Origin: Mobula hypostoma | Lineage: Eukaryota | DNA length: 64,000 nucleotides | Assembly (NCBI RefSeq): GCF_963921235.1 | Contig: NC_086097.1 | Span: 166,224,001-166,288,000, forward strand | Reading direction: 5' to 3' | Shown here: in pieces, positions 47,157 to 60,449 of the stretch | Position numbering within the stretch: position 1 is the stretch's first letter | Layout: each line of letters opens with the position of its first letter | The notes under the pieces: model-generated | The model's input: only the letters and a program-made list of their open reading frames with translations | Told to the model about the DNA's origin: nothing | Database searches by the model: none | Position numbers and translations under genes: made by a program

Positions 47157-50064
47157 ATGTCACAGCTACAGGCACCGTCAAGTTTAAGCCTACAAGGTCA
47201 TCTTGCTGAGAACTGGAAAATATGGATCCAGAGGTTTGAGGTGTTTTGCACCGCTAACAGGGTAGCTGAAAAGACGGAAGAAGTGCAATGTGCTACGTTT
47301 CTGCATGTGGCGGGAGAAGAGGCAATAAAGGTTTGCAACACGTTTGTCTTCCAAGAGGATGAGCAAGATAAAATTGAAGTGTTGAAGAAAAAGTTTCAAG
47401 ATTACTGCGAACTGAGAAAAAACCTACGACACCGGTTTTTCACGAGGGCTCAAGGACCAATAGAGACCATAGACGCCTATGTAACAGATTTGAAGAACAA
47501 GGCAAAAAACTGTGAGTTCGGACAGCTGCACGACTCTTTAATACATGACAGGATTGTATGCGGAATACGGGATGATCAAGTGAGAGGCAGGCGATTGAGA
47601 GAGGGGGATCTTACATTAGAAAAGGCGATTGATGTTTACCATGCCAGCGAGATCACGTCAAGTCAGGTTAAAATGCTCAATGAAGAGATTGAAGTGCACA
47701 AAATAAAAACTGTGAAAACTAACAAGAGTAGGACAAAGCCAGCTCCACAGGATGATCAAAAGGAAGTTAACTGCAACAGATGTCATTATAAACATGGATA
47801 CAGAAAATATCCAGCCTTCGGTCAGACATGCAAGTTATGCCAAAAAAGAAATCACTTTGCAAAGATGTGCAAATCGAAGGAGCACGCAAGGAAAATGCAT
47901 GCTGTGGAACAGAGTGAGGGCAACAGTGACACGTTCATTGGCACAGTTGAAGTGGAACAGGAGGTATGCATCAAGAATATTGACAATGCAGAGATGAAGC
48001 ATGAAGATGATTGGACTCAAGATCTGATAACAAACAGGAGGAATGTGACACTTAAGCTTGACACTGGGGCAAAGTGCAATGTAATGTCAGCAGAAACATT
48101 CAACTCACTGGACATCAGAGGAAGACTGAGAAAATCCACCTGCAAGCTTGTTGCATATTTCGGCCACAAGACGGCAACACTGGGCAAAAAAGCACTCACC
48201 TGTGTGTACAAAGGTCAACAATACAAGATCGAGTTTGAAATAGTGCAGCAACATGTTTCAGCAATACTGGGCAAAGCAACATGCACAAAGCTAGGCCTGG
48301 TGAAGCGAATCTATGGTGTTGAAAAACAAAATGACATTCTCAAAGACTTTAAGCAACACACATAAAAGTTGCTGGTGAACGCAGCAGGCCAGGCAGCATC
48401 TCTAGGAAGAGGTGCAGTCGACGTTTCAGGCCGAGACCCGAGATGCTGCCTGGCCTGCTGTGTTCACCAGCAACTTTTATGTGTGTTGCTTGAATTTCCA
48501 GCATCTGCAGAATTCCTGTTGTTCTCAAAGACTTTGATGACTTGTTTTCTGGATTATGATGTTTACCAGGGAAACACCATATCAAAATTGATCCAACTAT
48601 TGTACCAGTCGTGCATGCCCTGAGAAAGATTCCAGTAGCTCTCAGGGATCAAGTAGTGGAGGAGCTACACAGAATGGAACAGATGGGAGTCATAACAAGA
48701 CAAATAGAACCGACCGACTGGGTGAATAGTATGGTGACAGTGGTCACAGAAAAAAAGACGAGGATTTGCTTAGATCCACAAGATCTCAACCACGCCATCA
48801 AAAAAGAGCACTATCCGCTGCTCACGGTTGAAGAGGTTGTCTCTTGCATGCCTAATGCGAAATACTTTTCAGTATTAGACGCAAATCAAGGTTTCTGGCA
48901 GATCAAGCTGGATGAAGAAAGTTCCAAATTATGTACTTTCAACACGTCCATAGGGAGATATTGTTTCCTGCGTCTACCCTTTGGGATTTCTTCTGCATCA
49001 GAGGTATTCCAGAGATCCGTGGCACAAATGATTGAAGGCCTGGACGGGGTGGTCAACATCATTGATGATTTGCTGATATGGGGTGACACAATTGAGGAAC
49101 ATGATCAGAGACTGAGGAAGCTCCTGGAGAGAGCACGTGAGTACAACCTAAAACTGAACAAAAGTAAATGTAAGATCAGAACTACAGAGATCAAATAAAT
49201 AGGTCATGTGCTCAGTGCTGATGGGCTAAAACCAGATGATGAAAAGGTCAGAGTTGTGGTACAGCTACCACCACCCGAAGACAAGCAAGAACTATTGAGG
49301 TTCATGGGCATGATACAGTATCTTGCCAAATTCATTCCCAACTTATCAGATGTCAGCACTCCACTCCAAAAGCTACTAGAGAGCAACACTGAATGGCTTT
49401 GGGAAAACGAACAAAAGAAAAGTTTTGACATATTGAAGCAGTTGGTTACCAATGCACCAGCACTGAAGTTCTATGATGTCAATAAACCGGTGACGATGTC
49501 TGTGGATGCCAGTTCGGAGGGAATAGAAGCTGTAATACTGCAGGATGGGAGGCCTGTGGCGTATGGATCATGAGCACTTACGGACTGTCAACGATGATAT
49601 GCTCAAATTGAGAAGGAATTACTCGCTATAGTTTATGGGTGTGAGAAGTTCCACCAATATGTATATGGCAAAGAAATCCGGGTTGAGAGTGATCACAAAC
49701 CACTTGAGAGCATCTTCAAAAAGCCACTCCACCAAGCTCCTATGAGGCTGCAAAGGATGCTTCTCAGGCTACAGAGGTACACTCTCACAGTCACCTGTAA
49801 GCCAGGAAAAGAACTGTACATCACTGGTGCTTTGAGCCATGCTTACCTCAAAGAGCAAAAGGAAGAGTTGCTAGGAAGAGAGCTAGAGGTCAACCTCAGC
49901 TATCCATCTCTGAGGAGAATTTGAACATGTTCAGAAAAGTGACTGCAGATGATCCTGAAATGCAAATGCTAAGAGATATTACGATGAATGAATGGCCAAC
50001 AGAAAGAAAAGATGTTCCTAAGGAAATGCAGAAATACTGGACATTTAAAGAGGAAATCAGCTAG
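47157..50064 (+). pseudogene. Gypsy gag-protease-RT-RNaseH polyprotein, disrupted
   Basis: CCHC knuckle CKLCQKRNHFAKMC, protease LDTGA, RT LDANQGFWQI / LPFGIS / IIDDLLI, RNaseH VDAS and SDHKPL; several stops and one insertion. Confidence 0.93.
48351..48521. mobile_element. PLE-derived fold-back insertion
   Basis: 52-bp inverted arms (48351-48402 and 48440-48491); perfect 14-bp TSD TTCTCAAAGACTTT (48337-48350 and 48522-48535). Confidence 0.92.
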
Positions 50065-53000
50065 ATACAGAGACTAGACATACACGCAGTCTCACACAGT
50101 TTGAGGCAAAATCACATGTCATAAGTTCCAAGGTGTGAAATAAATGTTTATTAGTCTATGTTAGTAAAAGAAAATACACTGCTGTTAGTATTGTAAGATA
50201 CAATGCAGTACAAGAAGGTAAGATTTTTTTTAGTTTATGTCATGGTTGTTGCACTGTAAGAAGGGCATACCTAGAGGCATTGTTTTGGTAATTCACAGTG
50301 TAAAAAGAAAAAAAAATCTTGAGAAGGGGGATGTAATGTATTGTGTGAGTATTCGTAGTGTCAGAGTGCGTATGACGTCAGGATGTAGAGAAGTGAAAAT
50401 GGAAGTCTGGTGAATAAATGTGGTTGTTCAATCTACAGCAGTGTCCGAGTCACATCAGTATTACAGATTCCAAGAACTTCGGAAACTGCAGGTCTACCCC
50501 ATCAGTGAGCTGCTCGTTGATCAGAGGAGCTGGACAGGGTGTTGGAGGAGCTGGACTGGCTTTGGAGTTGCTGGGCTGGGTGCAAATTGTGTTGTTGCTC
50601 GTTACAAGAAGGCATTGAAGTTGGTACCCGAAGGCGATGTGCAGTTTAGCCACGGGTGATTGTCTCGGACTTTTCTCTTGCCATCTCAAGACCCTGTTAG
50701 ACAATGATAATGCAAGGTGTCGCAGGCCTGTTACCCTTGTTTGGTGGCAGGACAGGTGACAAGGAAGCTGTGTAGCCTCTGCTGTACTGAGGATTAGCTT
50801 CCAGCCGTGGGCTTGCCTGCTGCTGCAGACCAGGAGAGGAGATGCTGGAGGCGGTGTAGTGTGACATCCAGCTCGGTTGAAGGTTGGCCTCGCCTGTTGG
50901 TGCTGCCCTCTAGTGTTCAAATGGTGGAATGACAGGTTAGGTTACCGTGGCTGTGTACTGCCGAGAACTGCACCATCAATTTGTGGGACCTGTTGCTCAA
51001 AGACTTGGGCTTATTTTTTTTTGCGTGACTATGTTTTTTTTTCTTGCTTGCTGTTTTGATTCATGTGCTATGTATGTTTTGCACTTTGTCTCCAGAGGAA
51101 ATGCTGTTTTGTTCAGCTGTATTCATAAATAGTTGAATGATAATTAAACTTGAGTTTGGATATTCAGTTGCTCTGATTAAATTATCACCAAACAGTTTAC
51201 AAAATGGAGGCTGCAAAACAGTCTTACAAAATAGCAGACTCCATTTCTTTGACCGCGTGGCAAGAACAAAGAAATTTTCTTTGTCTATTTCCACTGCCTT
51301 TGCCTCATTCCTGTTTGCTGATTTGTAGATTTTAGTTCTTTCTGGCCAACAAAGCATATAGAATGCTCATGCACGTCATCTGCTCTTCATTGAAGGTATT
51401 TTAAAAAATTTATTAATACTTCAGGATCTGGCCAATATTTACTGCCAATTGCTAATTGTGTATGAGAAGGTGGTGGTGGCCCATCTTCAACTGTATAGCT
51501 TGTTGGACCACTGCAGAAAACCTCTTGAAGTCAAGCACTTAAGATGCCACATACCACAGAGATTGGATGAGGAAGGCAAATTCCTTTGAAAATTTTCTTA
51601 GGGAAAAAAAGACCAACAGTTTTTTGTGGTTATCATTGCTAGGAGTTATTGTTGCCTATTTATTTATTAATTGACATTAAATTCCCCAGCTACCATGTTG
51701 TATTTTGAGTTTAGGTCCCATCTTTCAGATTACTAATCCAGTAACTCGACCACTGTGCCTCTGCTTATCTGATAATGGTTAATAAGGGGGCTAGGTCGGC
51801 TATCTCATCTACAAATCTCATCACTGAGTGAGATTTGTTTTTGTCTTTTATGGAGTGAGGGTTTCAAACAACTCAAACTGCTTCTCCATAGGCCATGGAC
51901 ATGTTCCCTGCTTTAGGAGTCCATCAGTCTCTAGGCAAACACTTCCTTCAAATTAACACAGTTCTTAACTTGCATCAATTATATTCATATTATGGTTCCA
52001 CCATTAGCTTGAACAGAAATCAGTCCTTGTCAAACCTTTTGGTGAGAGAAATATAAACCAGCGTTCAATTTTTTTCATTAATGTGCCATTAAGTGATTTT
52101 GATTCACTTTGTATGCTGATTTTATGCCATCGTTTAGCTGTTTAAATAAATAAGATAGAAATAGCCTTTAAAAATACTTTCCACAGTCAATAAAAGAGTA
52201 AGCCGTTCACTTCATTCTGTTTTTCTATTCAGTTCATGGTGGCTGAGGAATCATCTGTCCATTTAGTTCTATAGTTTGCTTGCACAACAGAAGTTAGGGA
52301 ATTTTCACTCTCGTATCCCTGGTTTCACTCTTTTTCTGTTGGGAAGAGGAACCCAGATTTCCATTAGACAGTGTGAAGGGACTAACCTTAAAGCCGCTGT
52401 TTTAACTTCATGATTACATTTGTTTGTTCTGAATTCCTGTATCAAACTTAGCAAATTCATCCATTACCTCTAAACATCCATAATGAAGGAAACAAAAGCC
52501 TAGTTTACATAATTGCTCCTCAGTTAAACCTATTTAGTATAGTTTTGATGAAAAAGGAGTATCTTATCAGTCCTGAAAAAATGCACAGAGAATTGAATCA
52601 AATAAGGTAAATAGGGTTGAGTTTGAGTTTTGAATAGAACCTCAGAAAAGTTATAGCACAAAAGAGGATCATTTAGCTTATGCTGGCTTTCACCAATCAG
52701 TCCAAGTGACCACAAATTCTGTGTGTGAAAATTTCTCCAAGGTTACCCTGACTAGCTTGTGGTTGCTGGGTTTATCCTCCTAAACCTCCCCACAACAATC
52801 TCCTTTTGTTCATGCACATAAAATTTGCAATTCCCCAGTCCTTGAGCATCATTGTGGTCCTTACAAATGTTTGGAAAATTATGACTAATTCTCCTGTGAT
52901 TTCTATCCAAGCTTTCCTCGGCTTCTACTCTACTGTTAAAAAACTATTAAATAGATTCCTAGTACGATAAGTTGGACTCCTGGCTTCACAATCTACAGTG

Positions 53001-53503
53001 CCTCATTATGATCCTATTGTTTATCTGTACTACACTTTCTCTGTAGCTGTTCCACTTTATTCTGCATTGCTATTGTTTTACCCTGTGTAATAATATGATC
53101 TTTCTGAACAGATAAGACCAGCTTTTTACTATATCTCAGTACATGTAACAGTAATAAACCAATTTCAGTTCCAAAAGATGGATTGCTCCTCAACCTTAGT
53201 GATATATTCACTCTAAAAACGTTCGCCTTCTTTCCTCCTTCTGTCACTACCATTTTATCGGGATAGGTGAAGTCTTTTGTTTTCTTTACTCCATGGCTAC
53301 TGAATGTCTTCCAATTTCTCTGCAACTTTGCTCCTTTGAAATCCCCTGTTGAATGGGTGACCTTTGGAAACCAGCAGTAGGGTCATCACACTAGAATTGT
53401 TTTTAAATTCCGACTGCTTCATGACATTCTCTGTAACTGTAATGTAATCTCCACCTCTTCATATCTCTTGAGTCACAGGGGAAAGAAGATGAAGGGGCGG
53501 TAG

Positions 53504-53732
53504 TGTGGTAAACCATGTATATATGTTGTAACTCGGTTACCTGTCTGGACACACCCCTCTGCTGAATGCCCCTGTGGCTCCTCCCACAGAGTCCTGTGTA
53601 AAGGTGTTCGCCTTGCCCCTTCCCCTCAGTACGGGGGCAGACACTCACTGTGGAGGTCGTATTGTACAGCGAATAAAAGCCTTTCAGTATTTTACCAAAC
53701 CTCAGTCTTTTGGAGTAATTGAAGGTGCTTCA
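53504..53732 (+). mobile_element. Solo LTR
   Basis: TG...CA ends, AATAAA, 5-bp TSD GGTAG (53499-53503 and 53733-53737); homologous to 15056-15301. Confidence 0.88.
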
Positions 53733-55124
53733 GGTAGGCAGATGTTTCCCCTCAGACCATTAAGGAATTGTGCAAGCTGATGTAGGTGGCTGTACCTCCA
53801 CAGAGCAACAACTTGAGGATATTATCCTCATTGACTGCCTAGAATAGGTGGGGTTAAAGTGAAGACCAACAAAGGCATTAATCCATTCCGGGCGGCTGTT
53901 ATCAGAAGGATTCTTCCACTTCTCCAGTTCATAGAAAGGATACTTGTGATTAAGTTTATTTGGCAGATTTAGGCTTCGGGGTGCCAATCACCAGGATGGT
54001 CCTGGAATCTCCAGAAAATAAACTCTAATATAAATGACATAGCTGTGCTTGACCTTGGCGGTTGTTTAAAACAAAATATTTATTAAATTATTTTTGTAAT
54101 TGGTAACAAAAATATTTGAAACAAGGGACAAAATTGACTGACAGTCAAACACTGTCCAAACAAATAGCAAAGAGTGATTTTGCTTTGGCCAGCTAATGTG
54201 GGCTGTTGCAAGGACCAGTGCCTAAGTGAGTCAGGGCACTGGAGCTGAAAGTCAGGAGATACCATTGTCAGGAATATGTCCAATCAGAAATGACAACCCA
54301 ACAGAGAGCTTACACAAACATTTTGACATCTGTCTTACTCAGTGTGAATAGTTTCTTCACAGGGGTCTTTTCCCATTCCAGTTCCTGGGACTGGCTCTTA
54401 GATCCTTAGCTAATGTTCAAGAGCACAACATCTGATCATCGGCCAAAAAGCCTAAGAAGTTTGGCAATAGAACAAATGCCACACAGGGTGGCTACTGGCC
54501 AACCCCATTGCCAAGTGTCCATGCTATGCTCAAATTACTGAGACAACACAAACTTCTACCCAAGTGTGTTGAAATTTAAAGTAATTCAAAGAAATTAAAA
54601 TACTTTGTGTTGACTTTGCAGATTAGTGATGGTTGCATGATGTGTGCTAGATCAGCAGCACTGTCTAGGCAATTTCCAGAAAGCAAATTCACCAGTGCCT
54701 CCTCAGTTGGAAACCCTATTCAAATTCCAATTTGGGTCATGATGTTATAACAATAATTCTCGGGAGCTGGCTGCCTTTCTGAGCATGACTCCTGATTTAA
54801 GCCATAGGATTGGAAATATACCCTCAGGGTGAATCCAGGTTTATGGTGCTGTGTGAGCAAAAGATAAGGTAGACATGGCATTGCCTGCATATCCTGGAGA
54901 ACTGAGTGCAAATTCAACCAGGTAGTCTGCATCTGTTGACCATATTGGGCAGCCTGCATTTGTGCAGATACTAGAGGAAGACCAAACTGGAATCAAAAGC
55001 GAATGTTGCACCTCATGAATGATATTGCTCCTTTTCCTAGTGTGCAAGTTTATCATTGACAGATAGCCGCTCTCTGGAAACTTAGCCTACTTCCAATCAA
55101 AACTTCAACTTAACAGCTTGATTT

Positions 55125-56810
55125 TTAAGGCGGTGACAAAGGTAATCAATGAAAACAGAGGAGCATCCGCTTGGATAGTAAGGCATTCGAAAAGGCCCCT
55201 CCTTGTGGGCTATTCCAGAAGATTAAGGTGCATGGGATCCATGACTTGACAATTTAGATTCAGAGTTAGCTTGCTTGTCCACAGAAGAAAAAGGGTTGTG
55301 GTTGATGAGTCCTATTCCGGCTGGCAGTCCTTGACTATTGTGACTTGGGTGCAAATGTGGATAGGTAGGTTAGTAAGTTCACAGGAAATAAAAAAAATTG
55401 TGGTTAGTATAGAACAAGGGATCTCAACTTTTTTTTTATGCCACGGACCCCTAATATTAACCAAGGGGTCCCTGGACCACATGTTGGGAACCCGGCGTAG
55501 AAGGTTGCCAAAGGATACAGTAGGATATAGCAAATATGGACAGAGAAATGGCAGATGGAATTTAACCTGGCTAAATGTGAGAAGTTTAGGTATTGCACTG
55601 TGGGGGATCAAATATAAGGTGAAAATACACAGTTAATGGCTAGACTCTTACGGCATTGATGTACAGAAGGATCTCAGGGCCGATCGCTCCCTGAAAGTGG
55701 TCACGCAAGTTGTTAGGATGTTGAAGAAGGCATTTGGCATACTTTATTAGTCGAGGTATTGAGTTCAAGAGCCAGGAAGACATGATGCAGTTTTATGAAA
55801 CTTTGATTAGGCCACATCTGGAATAGTTCATTCAATTCTGATGTCCCATTGTAGGAATGGTGTGTAGGGTTTGGAGAGGGTGCAAAAGAGGTTTATCAGG
55901 ATGCTTCCTAGATTAGAGGTAGTGTGCGATAAAAAGAGGTTTGACATACCAGGGTTGTTTTCTCTAGAGAGTTGGCAGCTCAGAAGAGACTTGATAGAGG
56001 TTTATAAGGTTATAACAGGCACCATAAGCACCATTGAGAGTGTCCTGACCAGCTATATCACCACCTATATGGGAATTGCAAGGCATCTTACTGCGTGACC
56101 CTGCAATAGATTGCAAAGACTGCTGAGAGAATCACCGGGTCTCTCCCACGCCATCCACCCATCCAGGACGTAGACTAGAAGAGTAGCATTCGCAGAGCCC
56201 TCAGCATTGTCAAAGACCTTTCCCACCCGTCCCACAATCTGTCAGGCAGAAGTTTCCACTGTATAAGAGTAAGAACTGTTAGGCTGGGTAACAGTTTATT
56301 TTCCCCCAGGCTGTGAGACTTCGGAACACCCTGGCACCACCCAGTACATATCATTTATGATGATGCCAGTAGCAGTAATACTGTGTGTTTAATTGTATGT
56401 CGTATATGCTCTTTATTCAACTCTATCTCCAGTATTTATTTTATCTGTTAATATTATTTAGTGTGTGTAAGTGATATATGTACTGTGTTTTGCACCTTGG
56501 TCTCTGAGGAACATTGTAGGGCATACATGTGTAAGGTTGAATGATGATAAACTTGATCTTGTTTTCCTCAGATCAAAATGGTTTATACCAGAGAAACTGA
56601 TAGACCCAAAATGTCTTATACCATTTAAAGTGAGAGGAGGAAAGTTCAGTGGAGATGTGTGGGACAATTTTTTTTTAACACAGAATAGTGGGTGACTGGA
56701 ATATACTGTCAGGGGTGATTGTGGAGGCTGATACAATAGAGGCATTTAAGAGGATCTTAGATGTGCACACGAGAATACAGAGAATGGAAGGATGTGGGCC
56801 ATGTGCATGT
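55125..56810 (+). mobile_element. Degenerate CR1 with a nested Rex1-type fragment (about 56020-56560)
   Basis: AFEKAP, WQMEFN and LERVQKRFIRMLPRL...LRRDLIEVYKVI remnants. Confidence 0.75.
55415..55494. mobile_element. hAT-type mini element (about 80 bp)
   Basis: Decayed CAGGGGTTCCCAAC-like TIRs, internal GGACCCCT...AGGGGTCC hairpin and 8-bp TSD GTATAGAA / GCGTAGAA. Confidence 0.65.
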
Positions 56811-57556
56811 AGGTGTTTAGGTCAGAATCAGAATCGGAATGAGGGTTAATATCACTGGCATATGTGGTGTAATTTGTTGTTTTGCAGCCATAGATATTTC
56901 AGTAAGCAACATGGTTTTAAGACATTTAAAAAAACAATTGATACTCAAAAGTGACGAACCTCAGATCGCAGATTCAGGCTGCGAGTGCAGTTCCCCTTTA
57001 AGAATAAGGAAGTGAGGAAAGCACGAAGGGGTGCAAGTAAGATTGAAAAGCAGAGGCTTTAGAACCCCCACTCCCTACTATCCTTCTGGGGAATGTACAG
57101 ACTCCTGAAAATAAAACTGAGGACCTCAGAGCAAGATTACTGTACCGGTGGAACATTAGGTACTGCTATGTACCTTGTTTCACAGATACATGGCTATTCC
57201 CCACCATTTCAGATGCCGTGCTGCAGCTCAATGGCTTCACCATACAATGTAAAGACAAGACAGCTCAGTTGTTTAAGGACAGAGAAGGTGAAGTGTGCTT
57301 TATAATTAACTCATTGTGGTGTATAGACGTGGCAGTTCTGTCTCAGTCCTGCTCATCCGACCTGGAACATCTTGCGGTCAAATGTCATTGTTTTATTTGC
57401 CACGGGAGTTTTCAGCCATCATCCTGGAAGCAGTGTACATTTCACCTAAGACCAACATCAGGCAGCCTCTGGAGGAGCCAAGCTCCATAATCAACAAACA
57501 GAAACAGCACACCCTGATGCCTACCCTATCAATGTGGGGAAAATCAACCAGACCAG

Positions 57557-57927
57557 TGTGACAAGAGGACTAGGTGAGGATGGTAAGGACCCAACTGCTG
57601 GAGTATCCGAGACTAGCATGGAGACATGATTTCAAGACTGAGATGAGAGCAGGGTTCTTGACTAGATGCTAGACGAGAATCTGGCTAGAATTCAAACGAG
57701 ACAGAAATCCTAAATGCACTCGCAGACTGAACCAAAGTAGAGCTAATGATTGAGTACCAAACCTGAGTCCAGGTGCTCTTTAAATATCCAAATCTTGGTG
57801 CCAAAACATGGCCAACAATTAGTGGAGGTGGCCTAAGTCTTTAGAGGGCCATGCCGGTTATCCACACTCTGGAGAATCAGAGTGTCTAAACCCTAGGGGT
57901 TGGTGCAGTTGGGTGCGTACTGTAACA
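57557..57927. mobile_element. Solo LTR (371 bp)
   Basis: TGTGACA...TGTAACA ends and TSD ACCAG / GCCAG; the left end is homologous to 40224. Confidence 0.75.
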
Positions 57928-58763
57928 GCCAGCTTGAAGAGGTTTCTGAACAACGAACACTAACAAATCACCTGTGGAAACAGAGGAGCCAACACACTTG
58001 ATCACTGTTCAGAGCGCTTACCGTACTACCCCATGCCCACACTTTGGAAGGTCCGATCCCCTGGCTGTACTTCTATTTCATGTATGGGGAGAGACTAAAG
58101 ACTGCAGCAACAGTGGTGGTGAGGAACAAGAAGTTATTGTCATGGGAGGTGAAGGAGCAATTACAAGGCTTCTTCAAGTCAGTGGACTGAACAATATTCA
58201 GGGATTGATCCTCGAGTCTGAATGAATACGCCACTGTTGTCACTGACTTTAATAAAACCTGTGCAGATGAGTGTGTGCCTTCAAGAACATACCGGACATA
58301 CCCAAACCAAAAGCTGTGGTTGAATAAAGAGATTCATAGTCTGCTGAGGGCTAGGTCTGTGCTGTTCAAGACTATTGATCCAGATCTATACAAGAAATCC
58401 AGGTACAACCTACAGAAGGCTATCTTAAGAGTGAGAAAACAATTCTGATGAGGTTAGAGACGGAATTGGATGCACATCAGCCCTGGCAGGGTTGCAGGCC
58501 AATACTTCATATAAAGTGAAACCTAACATCATGAATGGCCATGATGCTTCATTCCCAGATGAGCTGGATTCAAATCCCTGTAGCACCCAGTGATCCTGTG
58601 ATCTCAGTCTCAGAGGCCAATGTCATAACGTCTTTCATCAGGCCTTGATGGTGTACCTGGTAGGGCTCTGAGAACCTGTGCCAACCAACTGGTGTGTGTG
58701 CTCAAGGACATTTTCAATCTTTCACTGCTGCACTCAGAGGTTCCTACCTGCTTCAAGAAGGCA

Positions 58764-59851
58764 CTTACATGTGCTTCCTGGATTATGAAAAAGCTCTTGA
58801 CCGAGTCAATCATGAACAGCAGGTCAATTGCCTGAACTCATTGGGGCTGGATGGGAAAGATGTTCGATTGATTGTGAGTCTGTACTGGCATCAGAAGGCA
58901 GTAGTAACAACTAGTGGTGGGAATTCACCGGAAGCTGAGATCCAAAAAGGGGTTCGCCAGGGCTGCATTATCTCCCCTTTATTCTTTAACATTTACTCAG
59001 AGGTAATCTTCAGGGTGTTGAACGATGAATCTGGTGTCCAAATTGGTGGAGTGATGGTGAACAAGTTGAGATATGCAGATGATTCAGTGTTGTTAGCCGA
59101 GACTAAGGACGAGTTACTCAGAATAGTAGATAAGATAAATGCTGAAGGAGAACGATTTGGAATGAAAATAAATGCTGCAAAGACAAAGATGATGGAAGTA
59201 TCATGGAAGAAAGAAGTCCCCAAAATCAGTATCAAAATTAACAGCATAGGCATAGAGCAAGTCAGGAAGTTTGTGTACTTGGGACAGATGGTCACAGAGG
59301 ATGGGAAATGAGATACAGAAATCAGACGAAGAACTGAGATTGCAAGATCAGCATTCTGGAGCTTGAGTGATGTTATGTGTGGCAAGAGGTTGGACTTTGG
59401 GCTGCGTTGTAGAATTTGGAGATGCTACGTCTGGAGCAGTCTGTTTTTACGGAGTCGAATCGTGGACCTTGTGCAAGGAAGCACAACGACGACTGGAGGC
59501 ATTTGAAATGTGGTGTTTAAGGAGAATGCAGAAAATTAGATGGGTGATGAAGGTCAGTAATATGGAAGTGTTGAAGAGAGTGAGGAGAGAAAAGGAGTTG
59601 CTGAAGAATGTGCAGAAAAGGAAGCTGGAATATGCCGGGCACTTGTTAAGAGGTGGTGGACTGCAGAAATTGTTACTGGAAGGGATGATAGAAGGAAAGA
59701 GGGAAAGAGGAAGGCAGCGAACCACTTGGTATGATAATGTGAGGCAATGGACTGGGTTGAGTTATGCTGAGGCCAGAAAAAGAGTGCAAGATCGAAGAAG
59801 ATGGAGGTGCATAGCCGCCAATCCCGGATTCGGGACGGCACCCACTGACTG
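58764..59851 (+). mobile_element. 5'-truncated RTE-clade LINE
   Basis: CFLDYEKALDRV, GVRQGCIISP, LRYADD, LEAFEMWCLRRM and EGKRERGRQRTTW; 3' hairpin TCCCG-GATT-CGGGA; 18-bp TSD (58746-58763 and 59852-59869, 2 mismatches). Confidence 0.92.
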
Positions 59852-60114
59852 ACCTGCTTCAAAAGGGCAATGATCGTACCAGAGCCCAAGAAGTGTAGAG
59901 TGAGCTGTCTCAACGACTCTCACCCAGTGGCACTCACATCAATGATGAAGTGCTTTGAAAAGTTAGTCATGGCTAGAATCAATTCCTGCCTAAGTAAAGA
60001 CCTTTACTTGCTGCAATTTGCCTATCGCCACAATGGGTCTACGGTGGATGCAGTCTCACTGGCCCTCCGCTCAGCAATGGATCACCGAGACAAAAGCAGC
60101 ACTTATGTTAGGCT

Positions 60115-60247
60115 CAAAGACAAGAAAATATGCAGATGCTAAAAATCCAAGCGGCACACACAAAATGCTGGAGAGACTCAGCAGGCCAGGCAGCATCTAT
60201 GGAAAAGAGTAAACAGTTGACGTTTCGGGCTGGGACCCTCAGAACTA
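60115..60247 (-). mobile_element. PLE terminal fragment
   Basis: GCAGATGCT...CAGCAGGCCAGGCAGCATCTAT...GACGTTTCGGGC sequence; 14-bp TSD ACTTATGTTAGGCT / ACTTATATTAGGCT. Confidence 0.8.
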
Positions 60248-60449
60248 ACTTATATTAGGCTGCTGTTATTGACTACAGTTCAGCATTCAACAAAGTCATC
60301 CCCTTTGTTGTAATCAAAAAGCTGCAAAACCTGGGCCTCTGTACCTCCCTCTGCAACTGGATCCTTGACTGCCTCACAGCAGTCTGTGCAGATTGGAAAT
60401 AACATCTCTTCCTCGCTAACAATCAGCACTGGCACACCTCCAGAATGTG

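Larger units (their letters stand above)
46974..50465 (+). mobile_element. Gypsy LTR retrotransposon with the integrase deleted
   Basis: 134-bp LTRs at 46974-47107 and 50332-50465; PBS TGGTGTCAGAAG at 47108; PPT GAGAAGGGGGA at 50321; TSD GACTC / GATTC. Confidence 0.96.

Noticed and set aside
51811..51838. 10-bp inverted repeat ACAAATCTCA / TGAGATTTGT
   Set aside because: A short AT-rich hairpin that could arise by chance in 64 kb.
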